This document shows, piece after piece, positions 36,701 through 46,100 of a DNA stretch of 64,000 bases. Position 1 is the first letter of the stretch, and every line of letters begins with the position of its first letter. Source of the stretch: Dehalococcoidia bacterium (lineage in GTDB: Bacteria; Chloroflexota; Dehalococcoidia; UBA6926); contig CAXXET010000004.1 in NCBI GenBank assembly GCA_963666115.2, positions 32,001 through 96,000 of the forward strand. Reading direction: 5' to 3'. The position numbers and the translations under genes were made by a program. The notes beneath the pieces were generated by a model. That model was not told where the DNA came from. It made no database searches and saw only the letters and a list, made by a program, of their open reading frames with translations.

Positions 36701-39018
36701 ATGGTGACGGCGATGTTGTAGTCGCCCGGCGCGTTCGGATCCAGCGTGAAGCTCTGCCCGGTGGCCCCGCCGCCGGACGACGCCGCCTTGACCGTCACGA
36801 TGACGCTGTAGCTGCTCTTCGTCTCATAGTCCAGGCTCGTGCCGGTCTTCACCGTGATCTGCCCCGTGCCTGAGCCGATGCTGAACTTCCCTGCGTCCGT
36901 GCCGCCCAGGCTGTGCGTCAGCGTGTAGCCGTTGGTGTTGGCGCTGGTGGTTACCGCCGCGCCCACGTTCGTTCCCGCCGCCGAGTTCTCGTCGATCGAC
37001 CGCGTCACCGCATTCGAGTAGGTGGTCCCCGACCCGGTGTCAGACCACCCGCTGTCTCCCTCGTCGTTCGTCGCCCGCACCTGCGCGTCGTACTTCTTGC
37101 CCGCCGTCAGGCCGGTTATCGTCACGCTCGTCGTCGTGCTGGTCGTGCCCGCGTCCCACTCCGTCCAGTCCGTCGTGCCGGACAACCGGTACTGCACGTC
37201 GTAGTCCGTGATGGCAGGCCCCGTATTGGACGGCGCCGTCCAGCTAACGTCCAGCTCCGTTGCTGGGGTCGTCGTGTTGGCCGTCACCGTGGGCGCGCCC
37301 GGCGTGGACGGCGCTTCCGTCACGTCCGTCACGTTGATCGTCACGCTGATGGTGTCGTCGATGGCCGTGTTGGCTGTGCCGTCCGCGGCCTTCTTGTCCG
37401 TGACGTTCACCGTGACGCTGTAGGAGGTCTGGGTCTCATAGTTGGGCACGTTGCCCGTCTTGACGCTTATCTGGCCGGTGGTTGAGCCGATGGCCAGCTT
37501 GCTCGCGTCCGTTCCCGTCAGCGAGTACGTCAGCGTGTCGCCCTCAGGATCCGCCCCGGCGGCCACGGCCGCGCCGATGTTCGTCCCAACCGCCGAGTTC
37601 TCCGCGATGGAGCGCGTCGCGGTTGCGCTGCTGAACTGCGCCGGCTCGTTCACGTTCGTCACGTTGATCGTGACCGGGATGATGTAGCTGCCCGTTCCGT
37701 TGGGGCTGAGGCCGGTGTTCCCCGCCCCTGTCGAGCTGCCCGCAGACGCCGCCATGGTTACGGTGACGCTGTACGACGTCTTGGTCTCGTAGTCCGGGAC
37801 GTTGCCCGTCTTGACCGTGATCTGCCCCGTCGTTGAGCCGATGTCGAATGTGCTCGCGTCGGTTCCGCCCAGGGAGTAGGCCAGCGTGTAGCCATTGGGG
37901 TTGGAATCGGCGTCCACCGCCGCGCCGATGTTCGTCCCAACCGCCGAGTTCTCGGCGATGCTGCGGGACTGGGTGGTGTACTGCGTGATGGCCGTGCCGG
38001 AGTCGGACCAGGCGCCGGTGCCCTCGGCGTCCTTGCCGGCCACCTGCACGTCGTAGCTCTTGCCGGCTGTCAGGCCGCTGATCTCCGTGCTCAGTCCCGT
38101 GCCGCTGACGCTGTGGCTCGTCCAACTGCTCGCCCCGGTCTGCCGGTACTGCACGGCATAGCCGGTGACGCCGCCTGAGTGGGTGGATGTCGGGGCGGTC
38201 CAGGACACGTCCAGCTTGGAAGTCGGCGAGGTCGCGTCCCTGGCCACCGTGGGCGCGCCCGGCTTGGCCGGCCCGGTTATGTTGTTGATGCTGACCGTAA
38301 CGGCGCGGTGGGACTTGTAGGTTGTGCCGCTATCCACCACGTCGTACCTGACCGTGCCGCTGTAGCCGGTCTTGGTCTCGTAGTCCAGGGTCGCGCCGGA
38401 CTTCACCTCAATCAGTCCGGTGCTGCTGCTGATGGTGAATGCTGTGGGGGCGTCCCCGTAAGCATTGGGCTCGTCCGATTCAAGCGTCCAGTTGCTGGCG
38501 CCGCTGTTGTACACCCCCACTTTGCCCACGTCTGTGCCGGCTGCCGAGTTCTCGTTCACCGACACGCCTGACCCGCTGGTGGTGCAGGTCATCTTGAACT
38601 TCCACGTGAAGTCTGCGGAGAGGCCGCCGGGGTCCGTCGCCGTGGTGGTTATGGTCACCCACGTGTCGGCCGGATGGTTCGCGCGAATCCTGACGGGGTC
38701 GTGCTGCGTGATGGCCACCAGCCCGGGATGCGAGCTGGTCGAAGCGATGCTCAGCGTGTCGCCGTCCGGGTCTGAGAAATAGCTCGACTCGCCGGTGGGG
38801 TACGACACCCCGTGATTCTTGTAGCAGTCGTTGTCGCCGCCGCTTGCCCGATGGTGGGTATCGTGGGTGCTGGCTATCACCTGGGGCGCCTGGTTGGCCT
38901 GGCCGCTCGCGCCGTCCGCAGACGCCGGCAGCGGCAGCGCCAAAACGGGGAACACAACGGCAAACGCCAGGAAAACAGAAAACGCCCGCCGCCCCCTCAC
39001 AAACATCCCCCGTCCCAC
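30745..39018 (-). CDS. Giant surface protein B, tandem paralogue of A (cadherin/FN3 repeats, P/T linker, TM anchor)
   Basis: Collinear and highly similar to A, including the signal peptide RAFSVFLAFAVVFPVLALP and the anchor NWLPVVGAIILVLAAILRRLMRK. Start may be ATG 39006. Confidence 0.93.
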   Translation of the reverse strand: MGRGMFVRGRRAFSVFLAFAVVFPVLALPLPASADGASGQANQAPQVIASTHDTHHRASGGDNDCYKNHGVSYPTGESSYFSDPDGDTLSIASTSSHPGLVAITQHDPVRIRANHPADTWVTITTTATDPGGLSADFTWKFKMTCTTSGSGVSVNENSAAGTDVGKVGVYNSGASNWTLESDEPNAYGDAPTAFTISSSTGLIEVKSGATLDYETKTGYSGTVRYDVVDSGTTYKSHRAVTVSINNITGPAKPGAPTVARDATSPTSKLDVSWTAPTSTHSGGVTGYAVQYRQTGASSWTSHSVSGTGLSTEISGLTAGKSYDVQVAGKDAEGTGAWSDSGTAITQYTTQSRSIAENSAVGTNIGAAVDADSNPNGYTLAYSLGGTDASTFDIGSTTGQITVKTGNVPDYETKTSYSVTVTMAASAGSSTGAGNTGLSPNGTGSYIIPVTINVTNVNEPAQFSSATATRSIAENSAVGTNIGAAVAAGADPEGDTLTYSLTGTDASKLAIGSTTGQISVKTGNVPNYETQTSYSVTVNVTDKKAADGTANTAIDDTISVTINVTDVTEAPSTPGAPTVTANTTTPATELDVSWTAPSNTGPAITDYDVQYRLSGTTDWTEWDAGTTSTTTSVTITGLTAGKKYDAQVRATNDEGDSGWSDTGSGTTYSNAVTRSIDENSAAGTNVGAAVTTSANTNGYTLTHSLGGTDAGKFSIGSGTGQITVKTGTSLDYETKSSYSVIVTVKAASSGGGATGQSFTLDPNAPGDYNIAVTINVTDKNDAPEFSGSSATRSVKENSASGTNVGAVITASDDDNDTLYYTLTGTDASSFSVGSTTGQITVASGTSLDYETKSSYSVTVNVSDRKDADGAADTVIDDTIAVTINVTNEQYKPAKVTGVSVSPKTSRPYDTLIISWNEPLDRSVSSGKTADPDYDDVDKFFIAWMKDTDTDWTNDSSFKFVDAVDGSDNPVTSYEVSGLDRNTKYQFRMKAQDEFTNYGPDWSNVVKGSTVDNLDPTFSDDTATRSVAENSAAGTNVGTAVTATDPYPTTDTLYYTLTGTDASKFNIGSTTGQITVKTGNIPDYETKTSYSVTVNVSDKKASDGTADTVIDDTIAVTINVTDVNEGPEFSAATATRSIAENSAANSNVGAAVAAGADPEGDTVEYTLTGTDASKFDIGSSTGQITVASGTTLDYETTTSYSVTVNVSDKKAADDTADTAIDDTIAVTINVTNVNEKAQFSAATATRSVAENTTAGSSIGAAVAAGADPEGDTLTYSLTGTDASKFNIGSTMGQITVKTGNVPNYEAKTSYSVTVNVTDKKASDGTANTAIDDTIAVTINVTDVNEPPAAPAAPTVSANSTTPTSKIDVSWTAPSMTGKPALSDYDVKYRKVGDASWISHTFTGTGTSTSIGSLTAGKTYEVQVQATNDEGDSGWSASGTAVTTAGGMSRSVTENSAAGANVGSAVTATSNPNNYDFTHALSGTDAGKFTIESSSGQIKVKSGTSLDYESKTSYSVTVTVTAAVAQVQAQSENLTPNAPGSYVIPVTINVTDVAEVPAAPAAPTLSAHSTSPKYKLDVSWTAPTMTGKPALTDYDVQYKKTSDNSWTDHSFTGTGTSTTLTGLTAGTSYDVQIMATNDEGDSAWSASGTRSTQANAAPVISATASRSVAENSVADTNVGAVVTGTDADGDTLTYSLDGTDKDKFEIDSSTGQITVKSGTSLDYEAKSSYTVEVDVSDGKNDQEGNDTSVDDTATVTINVTDVNEPPAKPAAPSVWQHSATPKTELNVSWTAPDMTGKPAISDYDVQYKKTSDNSWTSHSFTGAGTTTRLTGLDEGTSYDVQVKAKNDEGNSGWSDSGSTNTQDANVHAQFPADTATRSIAENSTAGSNVGTAITASDTEGNTLYYSLSGADGGTFNVGLNTGQITVKSGSVPNYEAKTSYSVTVEVSDRKDSDDNADTKIDDTITVTINVTDVNEPPAKPAAPTAAQNTTTPKTKLDVSWTAPDMTGKPAISDYDVQYKKSTDSSWTSHSFTGTGTSTTITGLDAGTSYDAQVKAKNDEGNSEWSDSGSATTQDANVNPAFADSTATRSIAENSVAGATIGAPVTATDTEGDTLAYSLTGTDAASFSLDTSTGQITVSAALDYEAKTSYSVTVGVSDGKDSDGNADTVVDDTIAVTINVTDAAEPPAKPAAPTVAQNATTPKTQLDVSWTAPDVTGKPVLTDYDVQYKKSIDLTWTSHTFSGTGTSTTLTGLDEGTRYTVQVQAVNDEGSSAWSDSASARTEDKNENAQFGAPTVDRSIAENSAAGTNVGAPVTATDTENNTLTYSLTGTDEDKFAIDSSTGQITVGADTTLDYESKTDYEVTVQVSDGKDINDDPDDSVDATSTVTITVTDVNEPLGAPGAPTTKSATTNSITATWTAPDTTGKPPVKEYWVRLWEKGLDTLSAWTITTNEALLDQVHDDISPNSRLKPGTAYEVEVMADNGEGYGAWSALATLYTKAAATPTPSPTSTATPAPTPATPVPTPAPAPPTSTPVPAATPAPAAPIPTSTPVPTTPTPTPAPQATPAATPPPIVSGGGPGPSSASRPPTPTPTPAPAASAPAEEDAEQDEEIEPPVNTPPTIVTPGDKEYLQGEAIEPFAITVTDPNPEDTVTVSLVGLPAWLAYEDGMVSGTVQEDASTGTYRVSITASDEVNFPVAAEFAVVVVETPELAEVGLIEGGVSTLINWLPVVGAIILVLAAILRRLMRKGNAVEEAIEGTTL

Positions 39019-39092
39019 ACGTTGCCAGTCCGCACCAATCCCCCAACACCCGTTGTCGCCATTTACTGATACCGCTCACACCCGATAAACAA

Positions 39093-39122
39093 ATACTAAT
39101 ATGATATTCATATTGTTGTCAA
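39093..39122 (-). promoter_or_regulatory. Putative promoter of giant protein B with an operator-like palindrome
   Basis: Minus strand TTGACA (39122-39117), 18 bp, TAGTAT; inverted repeat AATATGA-tat-TCATATT at 39098-39114; AT-rich island. Confidence 0.6.
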
Positions 39123-39202
39123 TAGCATAAGTAATGATATTGCAAGGACAATCCATCCACCCCAAAACCCTGCTACACTAGGCACACAGGAGCGCCCTCC
39201 CG

Positions 39203-39808
39203 ATGACAACCCAAACCACCCCAACCGTCGAAGAACGACTCAGCGGAGTCGAGGGCGAACTGCGCCAAATAACAGAACGCCTCCGCAACATAGAAAACAC
39301 AATCACAACCCTCGATACCAAGATCGACACAAAGTTCGACGGCCTCCGCAGCGAGTTCGATACCAAAATCGACGGTGTCCGCGCCGAAGTCGTCGGCCTC
39401 CGCAGCGATGTTGATGCCAAAGTCGAAAACATCCGGACGGAACTCAACACCATTCGGGACCAAATCGCCGCCGTAGAAGCCCGCCTGGATGCCAAATTCG
39501 ACACCAAAATCGATGAACTCCGCGCCCACGTAGACACCGTAGAATCCCGCCTGGACGCCAAGATCGATGTCCTCCGCGCAGAAATGAACGCCGGATTTGC
39601 CCGCCTCGACAAGAAAATCGATGACAGGTTCGACTACCTCGACAAGAAAATCGATGACAGGTTCGACTACCTCGACAAGAAAATCGACGACAGATTCGAC
39701 TTTCTCAGCAAGAAGATCGATCGCCTCCTCTACGCCTTCATCGGCTCCCAAACCGCAATCATCATCCTGTTCCTCACCGCCATCATCACCTTCATCCTCC
39801 GCTCCTAA
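39203..39808 (+). CDS. Coiled-coil protein with KID/hendecad repeats and a C-terminal TM (DUF1640/CCDC90/Bdr-like)
   Basis: Repeated D.KID motifs, (LDKKIDDRFDY)x3, hydrophobic C-terminus, AGGAG SD. Confidence 0.8.
   Translation: MTTQTTPTVEERLSGVEGELRQITERLRNIENTITTLDTKIDTKFDGLRSEFDTKIDGVRAEVVGLRSDVDAKVENIRTELNTIRDQIAAVEARLDAKFDTKIDELRAHVDTVESRLDAKIDVLRAEMNAGFARLDKKIDDRFDYLDKKIDDRFDYLDKKIDDRFDFLSKKIDRLLYAFIGSQTAIIILFLTAIITFILRS
39605..39721 (+). repeat. In-frame 33-bp tandem repeat, about 3.5 copies
   Basis: ctcgacaagaaaatcgatgacaggttcgactac at 39605 and 39638 (identical), 39671 (variant) and 39704 (partial). Confidence 0.92.
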
Positions 39809-39832
39809 CCCCCCCCCGTTCACCCAGCCCCA

Positions 39833-39984
39833 TGTCATTCTGAGCGCAGCGAAGAATCCAAAGCCCCAATTGCGCAGCAAATACCCCCTTTGTGAGCCAT
39901 ACGCGTCTTTAGATTCTTCGGGGCTGCGCCCCTCAGAATGACAGACATGGCCTCCCCCCAAATGACAGACATGGCCTCCCCCCA
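39833..39984. repeat. Inverted REP-like doublet plus a 24-bp tandem duplication
   Basis: 39833-39858 (+) and 39912-39943 (-, longer-loop variant); aatgacagacatggcctcccccca at 39937 and 39961. Confidence 0.85.
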
Positions 39985-40135
39985 CCCTGCGCCAACACCC
40001 CCATTTAACCCCCTCTACCCCTAAAGTCACCCCAATGTGACGAAAAAACTCAAAAGCTCACACCTATGTCACCCTCTTTGCCGTATCCTTGTGCTGTCCG
40101 CATATGGACCTGGGGCATCGCAAGGGGGCATCATC

Positions 40136-43100
40136 ATGCTGAATCGATCCGCTGCCGTTCCCGCCAACGGTACCGCCGCATCTCGCGCCGCATCCCGCGT
40201 CGGACTCGCCGCAGTCCTTGTCCTGGCGGCGATCCTCGCCGCCGCAGCCCTCCTTGCCCTAACGCCCGCCCGCGCGGACGCATCCGGCGCGTCCCCCGGC
40301 CTCGTCATCCAGGGCAGCCCCATCAGCGGCTCCAGGATCAACGTCACGGAGGGCAAGTGGAGCTCCTACACCGTCAAGCTCGCCACACAGCCCTCCGCTG
40401 ATGTCACCGTCACCCTCTCCCCCCACAATGACTCCACCCGCCCCGTCCACGTCCAGTGGGGCTCCGGCCAGCCCCGCCAGAAGTCCACAACCTTCACACC
40501 CTCCAACTGGAATACCGCCCAGACCGTCAACATCTGGGGCACGCAGGATTCGGACTACCAATATCTCAACGGCCAATGGGTCGCAGGCGTCGCCAATGAA
40601 GCCGAGTGGGTCTACCACCGCGCCACCAGCAGCGACGACGATTACGACCGCGAGCAGGAGGTCCTCCAGGCCCGCGTCTCCGACGATGACGGCATCACCG
40701 CCACCGCATCATCCCTCACCGTCACGGAGGGCGGCTCCTCCACCTACAACATCTCCCTCATCACCGCCCCCGCCGCCGGCTACACCGTCTCCGTCTCCTT
40801 CAGCGTCGCCGGCGACTCCGACATCACCGTCAGCCCCTCATCCCTCTCCTTCAACGCGGACAACTACACCGTCGCACAGACCGTCACCGTCTCCGCCGCC
40901 CCGGACGCGGACACTGCCAACGGCACGGCCACAATCACCCACACCGCCACCGGCGGCAACTACAGCTACAGCCGCGGCACGGTCGCCGTCACGGAGAATG
41001 ACACCGGCGCGGCCGCCGTCACACCCACCCCAACACCCACGCCGCCCCCAACACCCGCCCCCAAGGCAAGCCTCATCGTCACCACGCCCGACGAGTGCGA
41101 CAAGGACACGCTGGACGTCAATGACAACGTCATCGACGGCATGAAGGTCGCCCAGGGCGAGTCCTGCACCTTTGACGTCGTCCTCGGCAAGCAGCCCAAC
41201 GCCGACGTCGCCGTGAATATCTACAAGTACGGCGATGCCGACGGCGTCCTCTCCTACAGCCCCGCCAAGCTCACCTTCACCAACGCCAACTGGGACACGA
41301 AGCAGACCGTCACCGTCACCTCTGCCGCCACCCAGTACCACGGCCTCCGCCAGGCCAACATGATGATCCGCACCGGCAACACCAAGGACACCACCGGCTA
41401 CCACAACCTCCCCTGGACGTATCTCCGCGTCAACCAGGTCAAGGGCCCGGGCATCATCCTCTCCGCCCCCGGCATCGTCCACAGCGGCGGTCACTCCGCC
41501 ATCTCCGTCACGGAGGGCTCCTCCCTCGGCTATGACGTCAAGCTCAACACCAAGCCCACCGCCAACGTCACCGTCACCGTCGCCCAGCCCACGTCCGGCG
41601 ACACTGACCTCACACTCGTCGGCGCCGACTCTGACAACCAGCGCGTGCTCACGTTCACCCCGTCTAACTGGAACACCGCCCAGCTCGTCACCATCGCCGC
41701 AGCCCATGACGTCGATCTCGTCAACGGTTCTCGCACATTCGTCAACACCGCCGCCAGCGACGATTCCGACTACAACGACAAATACACCGACCTAACGGCC
41801 ACCGAGATCGAGGACGACAAAGCCTCCCTCGTTCTCTCATCCACCGCGGTAACCGTCCCCGAGGGCGGCACGGCAACCTACACCGTCAAGCTCAGCAACC
41901 AGCCGTCCGGCGCCGTCACGATTGACATCGAAGCCCTAACCGGGCGAGAGGTCACTCCGGTGGCCACCGAGGGCGACAGGGACCTCAGGGGCTCGCCCGG
42001 AACCCTCACCTTCAGCACGACCAACTGGAACGTCGCGCAAACCGTGACTCTGACCGCCGATGAGGACGGAGACGACCTCGCCGGAACCCGCACCATACGC
42101 CACACCGCGTCCGACACGAGCGCCGAGTTCAGCGGCCTCGTCGTGCACCTCGTCGCCACCGAGGGCGAGAACGATTCCCGCGGCTTCAAACTCTCTCGCT
42201 CTAGCCCCATCACCCTCAATGAGGGCGGCTCCACTACCTACACCATCAAGCTCGGGACCGAGCCCACAGCCGACGTCGTCATCGCCCTCAACGCCGAGGG
42301 CGACAGCGACATCACCGTCGCCCCCGCATCCATGACCTTCACCTCCGTCAATTACGCCACGGCCCAGACCGTGACCATATCCGCCGCAGAGGACGACACC
42401 GACTACGCGGATGACACCGCCAACATCTCCCACTCCATCACCACCACGGATGCCATCTACGTTGAACAGTTCATCGGCACGATGCACGTCACCGCCAAGG
42501 AGAATGACGCCGCGCTGGTCCTGTCCGTCAACACCCTCCAGGTGCCGGAGAACGGCACCGCCGAATACACCGTCGCGCTGACCAACCGTCCCACCGGCGA
42601 CGTCACCGTCACCATCACGGAAGGCACGACGACGAACGACGACACGAGCATTACCGTCACCAGGCCCTCCAGCAAGGTTCTCACCTTCACCACCGCCACG
42701 TGGAACAGCCCGACGACCGTCACGCTGCGGGCCGCGTCTGATTCGGACGCCGTGAACGGAACGCGGACCATCAGCCACACCGCCTCCGGCGGCGGTTTCG
42801 ACAGCGCCCCGGCGCAGACCCTAACCGCCATCGAGAGCGACACCCGCGCCACCGTCATCCTCCGCAACAGCGCGGACACCGCGAATATCAGCAGCATCGC
42901 CGTGACGGAGGGCAGCAGCGCCACCTACAAGGTTGAGCTCGGCGCCCAGCCGTCCTCGGACGTCACCGTCACCGTCGGCAGGACCGGCGACACCAACGTC
43001 ACCGCAAGCCCCGCCTCCCTCACCTTCACGTCATCGAACTGGGACACCCCGCAGACCGTCACCCTGAGCGCGGCGAGCGACACAGACCTCGCCAACGGCA

Positions 43101-46100
43101 CGGCCACCATAACCCACTCCGCCGCGAACGGCGGCTTCAACGGCAAGTCCGCATCCCTCACTGCGACGGAGACGGACAACACTGGCCAGGTCGTCCTGAG
43201 GAACGCTGCCGACAATGCCAACATCACCGCCATCACCGTGCCGGAGAACGGCAATACTACCTACAAGGTCGAGCTGAGCCATCAGCCCACCGGCGGCACC
43301 GTCGCCGTCCGGATCACCTATGCAAGCGGCGGCGATACCAGCATCACGCGCTCCCCCACCAGCCTCTACTTCACCAGGACAAACTGGAACGTCGCCCAGA
43401 CCGTGACACTCCGCGCAAGCAACGACTCCGACACGACGGCCGGCGCGCGGAGCATCGTGCACACCGCCACCGGCGGCGGCTACAACAGCCCCACCAAGAC
43501 GCTCACCGCGACGGAGGCTGAGGACGACTACGCCGTGGTCCTCAGGAACGCCGCCGACAGCGCGGACATCTCCACGATCAGCGTCACGGAGGGCAGCACC
43601 GCCACCTACAAGGTCGAACTCAGCATCGCCCCCACCGGCAGCGTCACCGTCGCCGTCGCGGCGGCCACAACGGGCAGCAACGTCGACCCGAGCATCACCG
43701 TCTCCCCCGCCACCCTCACCTTCACCGCCAACAACTGGAGCACGGCCCAGACTGTCACCCTGACGGCGGCAGAGGACAACACGGACATCATCAACGGCAA
43801 GCGGAACATCACCCACACCGCAAGCGGCGCCAACTACAACAACACCCCCGTCGCGTCCCTCACGGCAACGGAGGCAGACAACGACACCGGCACAATCGTC
43901 CTGCGCAACAACGCGGACAACGCGGACATCACCACCATCGACGTCCCGGAGAACGGCAACATCAACTACAAGGTCAAGCTCAGCCATCAGCCGCAGGGCA
44001 ACGTCACCATCAGGATGACGTACGCGAGCGGCGGCGACTCTGACATCACCTACAACAAGTCGTCCCTCTACTTCAACGCGACCAACTGGAGCACGCTCCA
44101 GACCGTCACCCTCCGCGCCCGCGATGACAGCGACCAGCTCGCCGGCACGCGCACAATCAACCACACGTCGACCGGCGGCGGCTACACGGACACCGCAGCC
44201 CTCGCCGCAACCGAGGCGGAGAACGACAAGTCCGTCATCCTCACCCCCTCATCCGTATCAGTGGGCGAGGGCAGCACCGCCAACTACACCGTCAAGCTCA
44301 GCGTCCTCCCCACCTCCGACGTCATCGTCACCATCGCCGCAGGAACCGGCGACTCGAACATCACCGTCCAGGACACCGATGACAGCCAGTCCGGCAACCA
44401 GACCAGCACGATCACCTTCACGACAACCAACTGGAGCACCGCGCGGACGGTCGTGCTCGCCGCCGCCCAGGACGCCGACATCCTCAACGGCACACGCAGC
44501 ATCACCCACACCTCCACCAGCACGGATGCCGCCTACAACAACAAGACGGTCACCCTGACCGCCACAGAGGCTGACAACGACTCCGGCACAATCAAGATCA
44601 GGAACGCCGCGGACTCTGCGGACATCAGCACCCTGAACGTCAATGAAGGTGGCTCGGCAACCTACAAGGTCAAGCTCAGCATGGAGCCGCGCGCCAGCGT
44701 CACCGTCAACATCGCGGGAGCGACGTCGGGCAGCTACACGGACTCGGACATCACCGTCAGTCCATCGAGCCTCACCTTCACCACCCGCAATTGGGACACC
44801 GCCAAGACCGTCACCCTCCGCGCCGCCCAGGATGCCGACCTCCTAAACGGCATCCGCTCCATCCGGCACACTGGAGACAGCACAGACAACGGCTATCCAA
44901 CCACGCTCCTGCTCACTCTTGCGGCATCGGAAGTCGACAATGACACCGGCGCAGTCCTCATCAGGGACTCCGGCGACACATCCAACATCAACGCCGCAAG
45001 CGTCACGGAGGGCAGCACCGCCACCTACAAGATCAAGCTCAGCAAGGAGCCGCGCGCCAACGTCACCGTCACCGTCGCGGCGGCCACCACCGGCAACGCG
45101 ACCGACTCCGACATCACCGTCAGCCCCGCCACCCTCACCTTCAGTTCCACCACCTGGAGCACGGCCCAGACCGTCACCCTCACCGCCGCCGAGGACAACG
45201 GCGACCTCACCAACGGCAGCCGCGCCATCACCCACACCGCCTCCGGCGCGAACAGCGGCTACGTTGGCGCCGCCGTCAAGACCCTCACCGCCACGGAGGC
45301 GGACAATGACACCAACGGCGCGATCCTGATCCGCAACGCCGCGGATGACGCCGCCATCACCACCCAGGGCGTCCGCGAGGGCGGCACGGCCACCTACAAG
45401 GTCAAGCTGGACAAGCAGCCCCGCGCCAACGTCACCGTCACCGTCTCACAGGGCGCGGGCGATACGGACATCACCGTCATCTCCGCCAGGACGCTCACCT
45501 TCACACCCAACAACTGGAATACCGCCAAGTCCGTCACACTCCGCGCCACGCAGGACGCCGGCACCGCGTTCGGCACCCGCACCATCACGCATACCCCGTC
45601 CGGCACCAACAACGGCTACGCCAGCGCCGCAAGCCTCACCGCCCAGGAGTACGACGACGACGTCATGATCGAGATCAGCGACAGCAGCAACAACGACACG
45701 GACGCCGTCCTCGTCAGGGAGGGCAGCACGGCCTCCTACATGGTCAAGCTCAGCCAGCTCCCGCTCGCCGACGTCACCGTCGCGATCACGTCAACCGGCG
45801 ACAGGGACATCACCTTCAGCCCCTCCTCCCTCACCTTCACCAGGACCGGCTCGACCATTTGGAGCACGGCCCAGGAGGTCACCGTCTCCGCAGCGGCGGA
45901 CACTGACACCTCCAACGGAACCAAGACCATCAGGCACAACGCCAGCGGCGGCGGCTACGACTACGCCGCGACCGCGAGCGTCACCGCCAGGGAGCAGGAC
46001 GGCCCAACGCTCTCCCTCACCGCCACCGCAATCACCGCCACGATGACCATCTCCCAGCACACCAACGCCTGGTGGTACAAGATCGGGGGCAGCCCCACGT

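Noticed and set aside
22122-39018. Diversity-generating retroelement or shufflon acting on the adhesins
   Set aside because: No reverse transcriptase or recombinase; paralogue differences are not adenine-specific; no inverted cassette series.
39173-40030. 285-aa minus-strand ORF
   Set aside because: Antisense to the coiled-coil gene and runs through REPs (CHSE translation artefacts).
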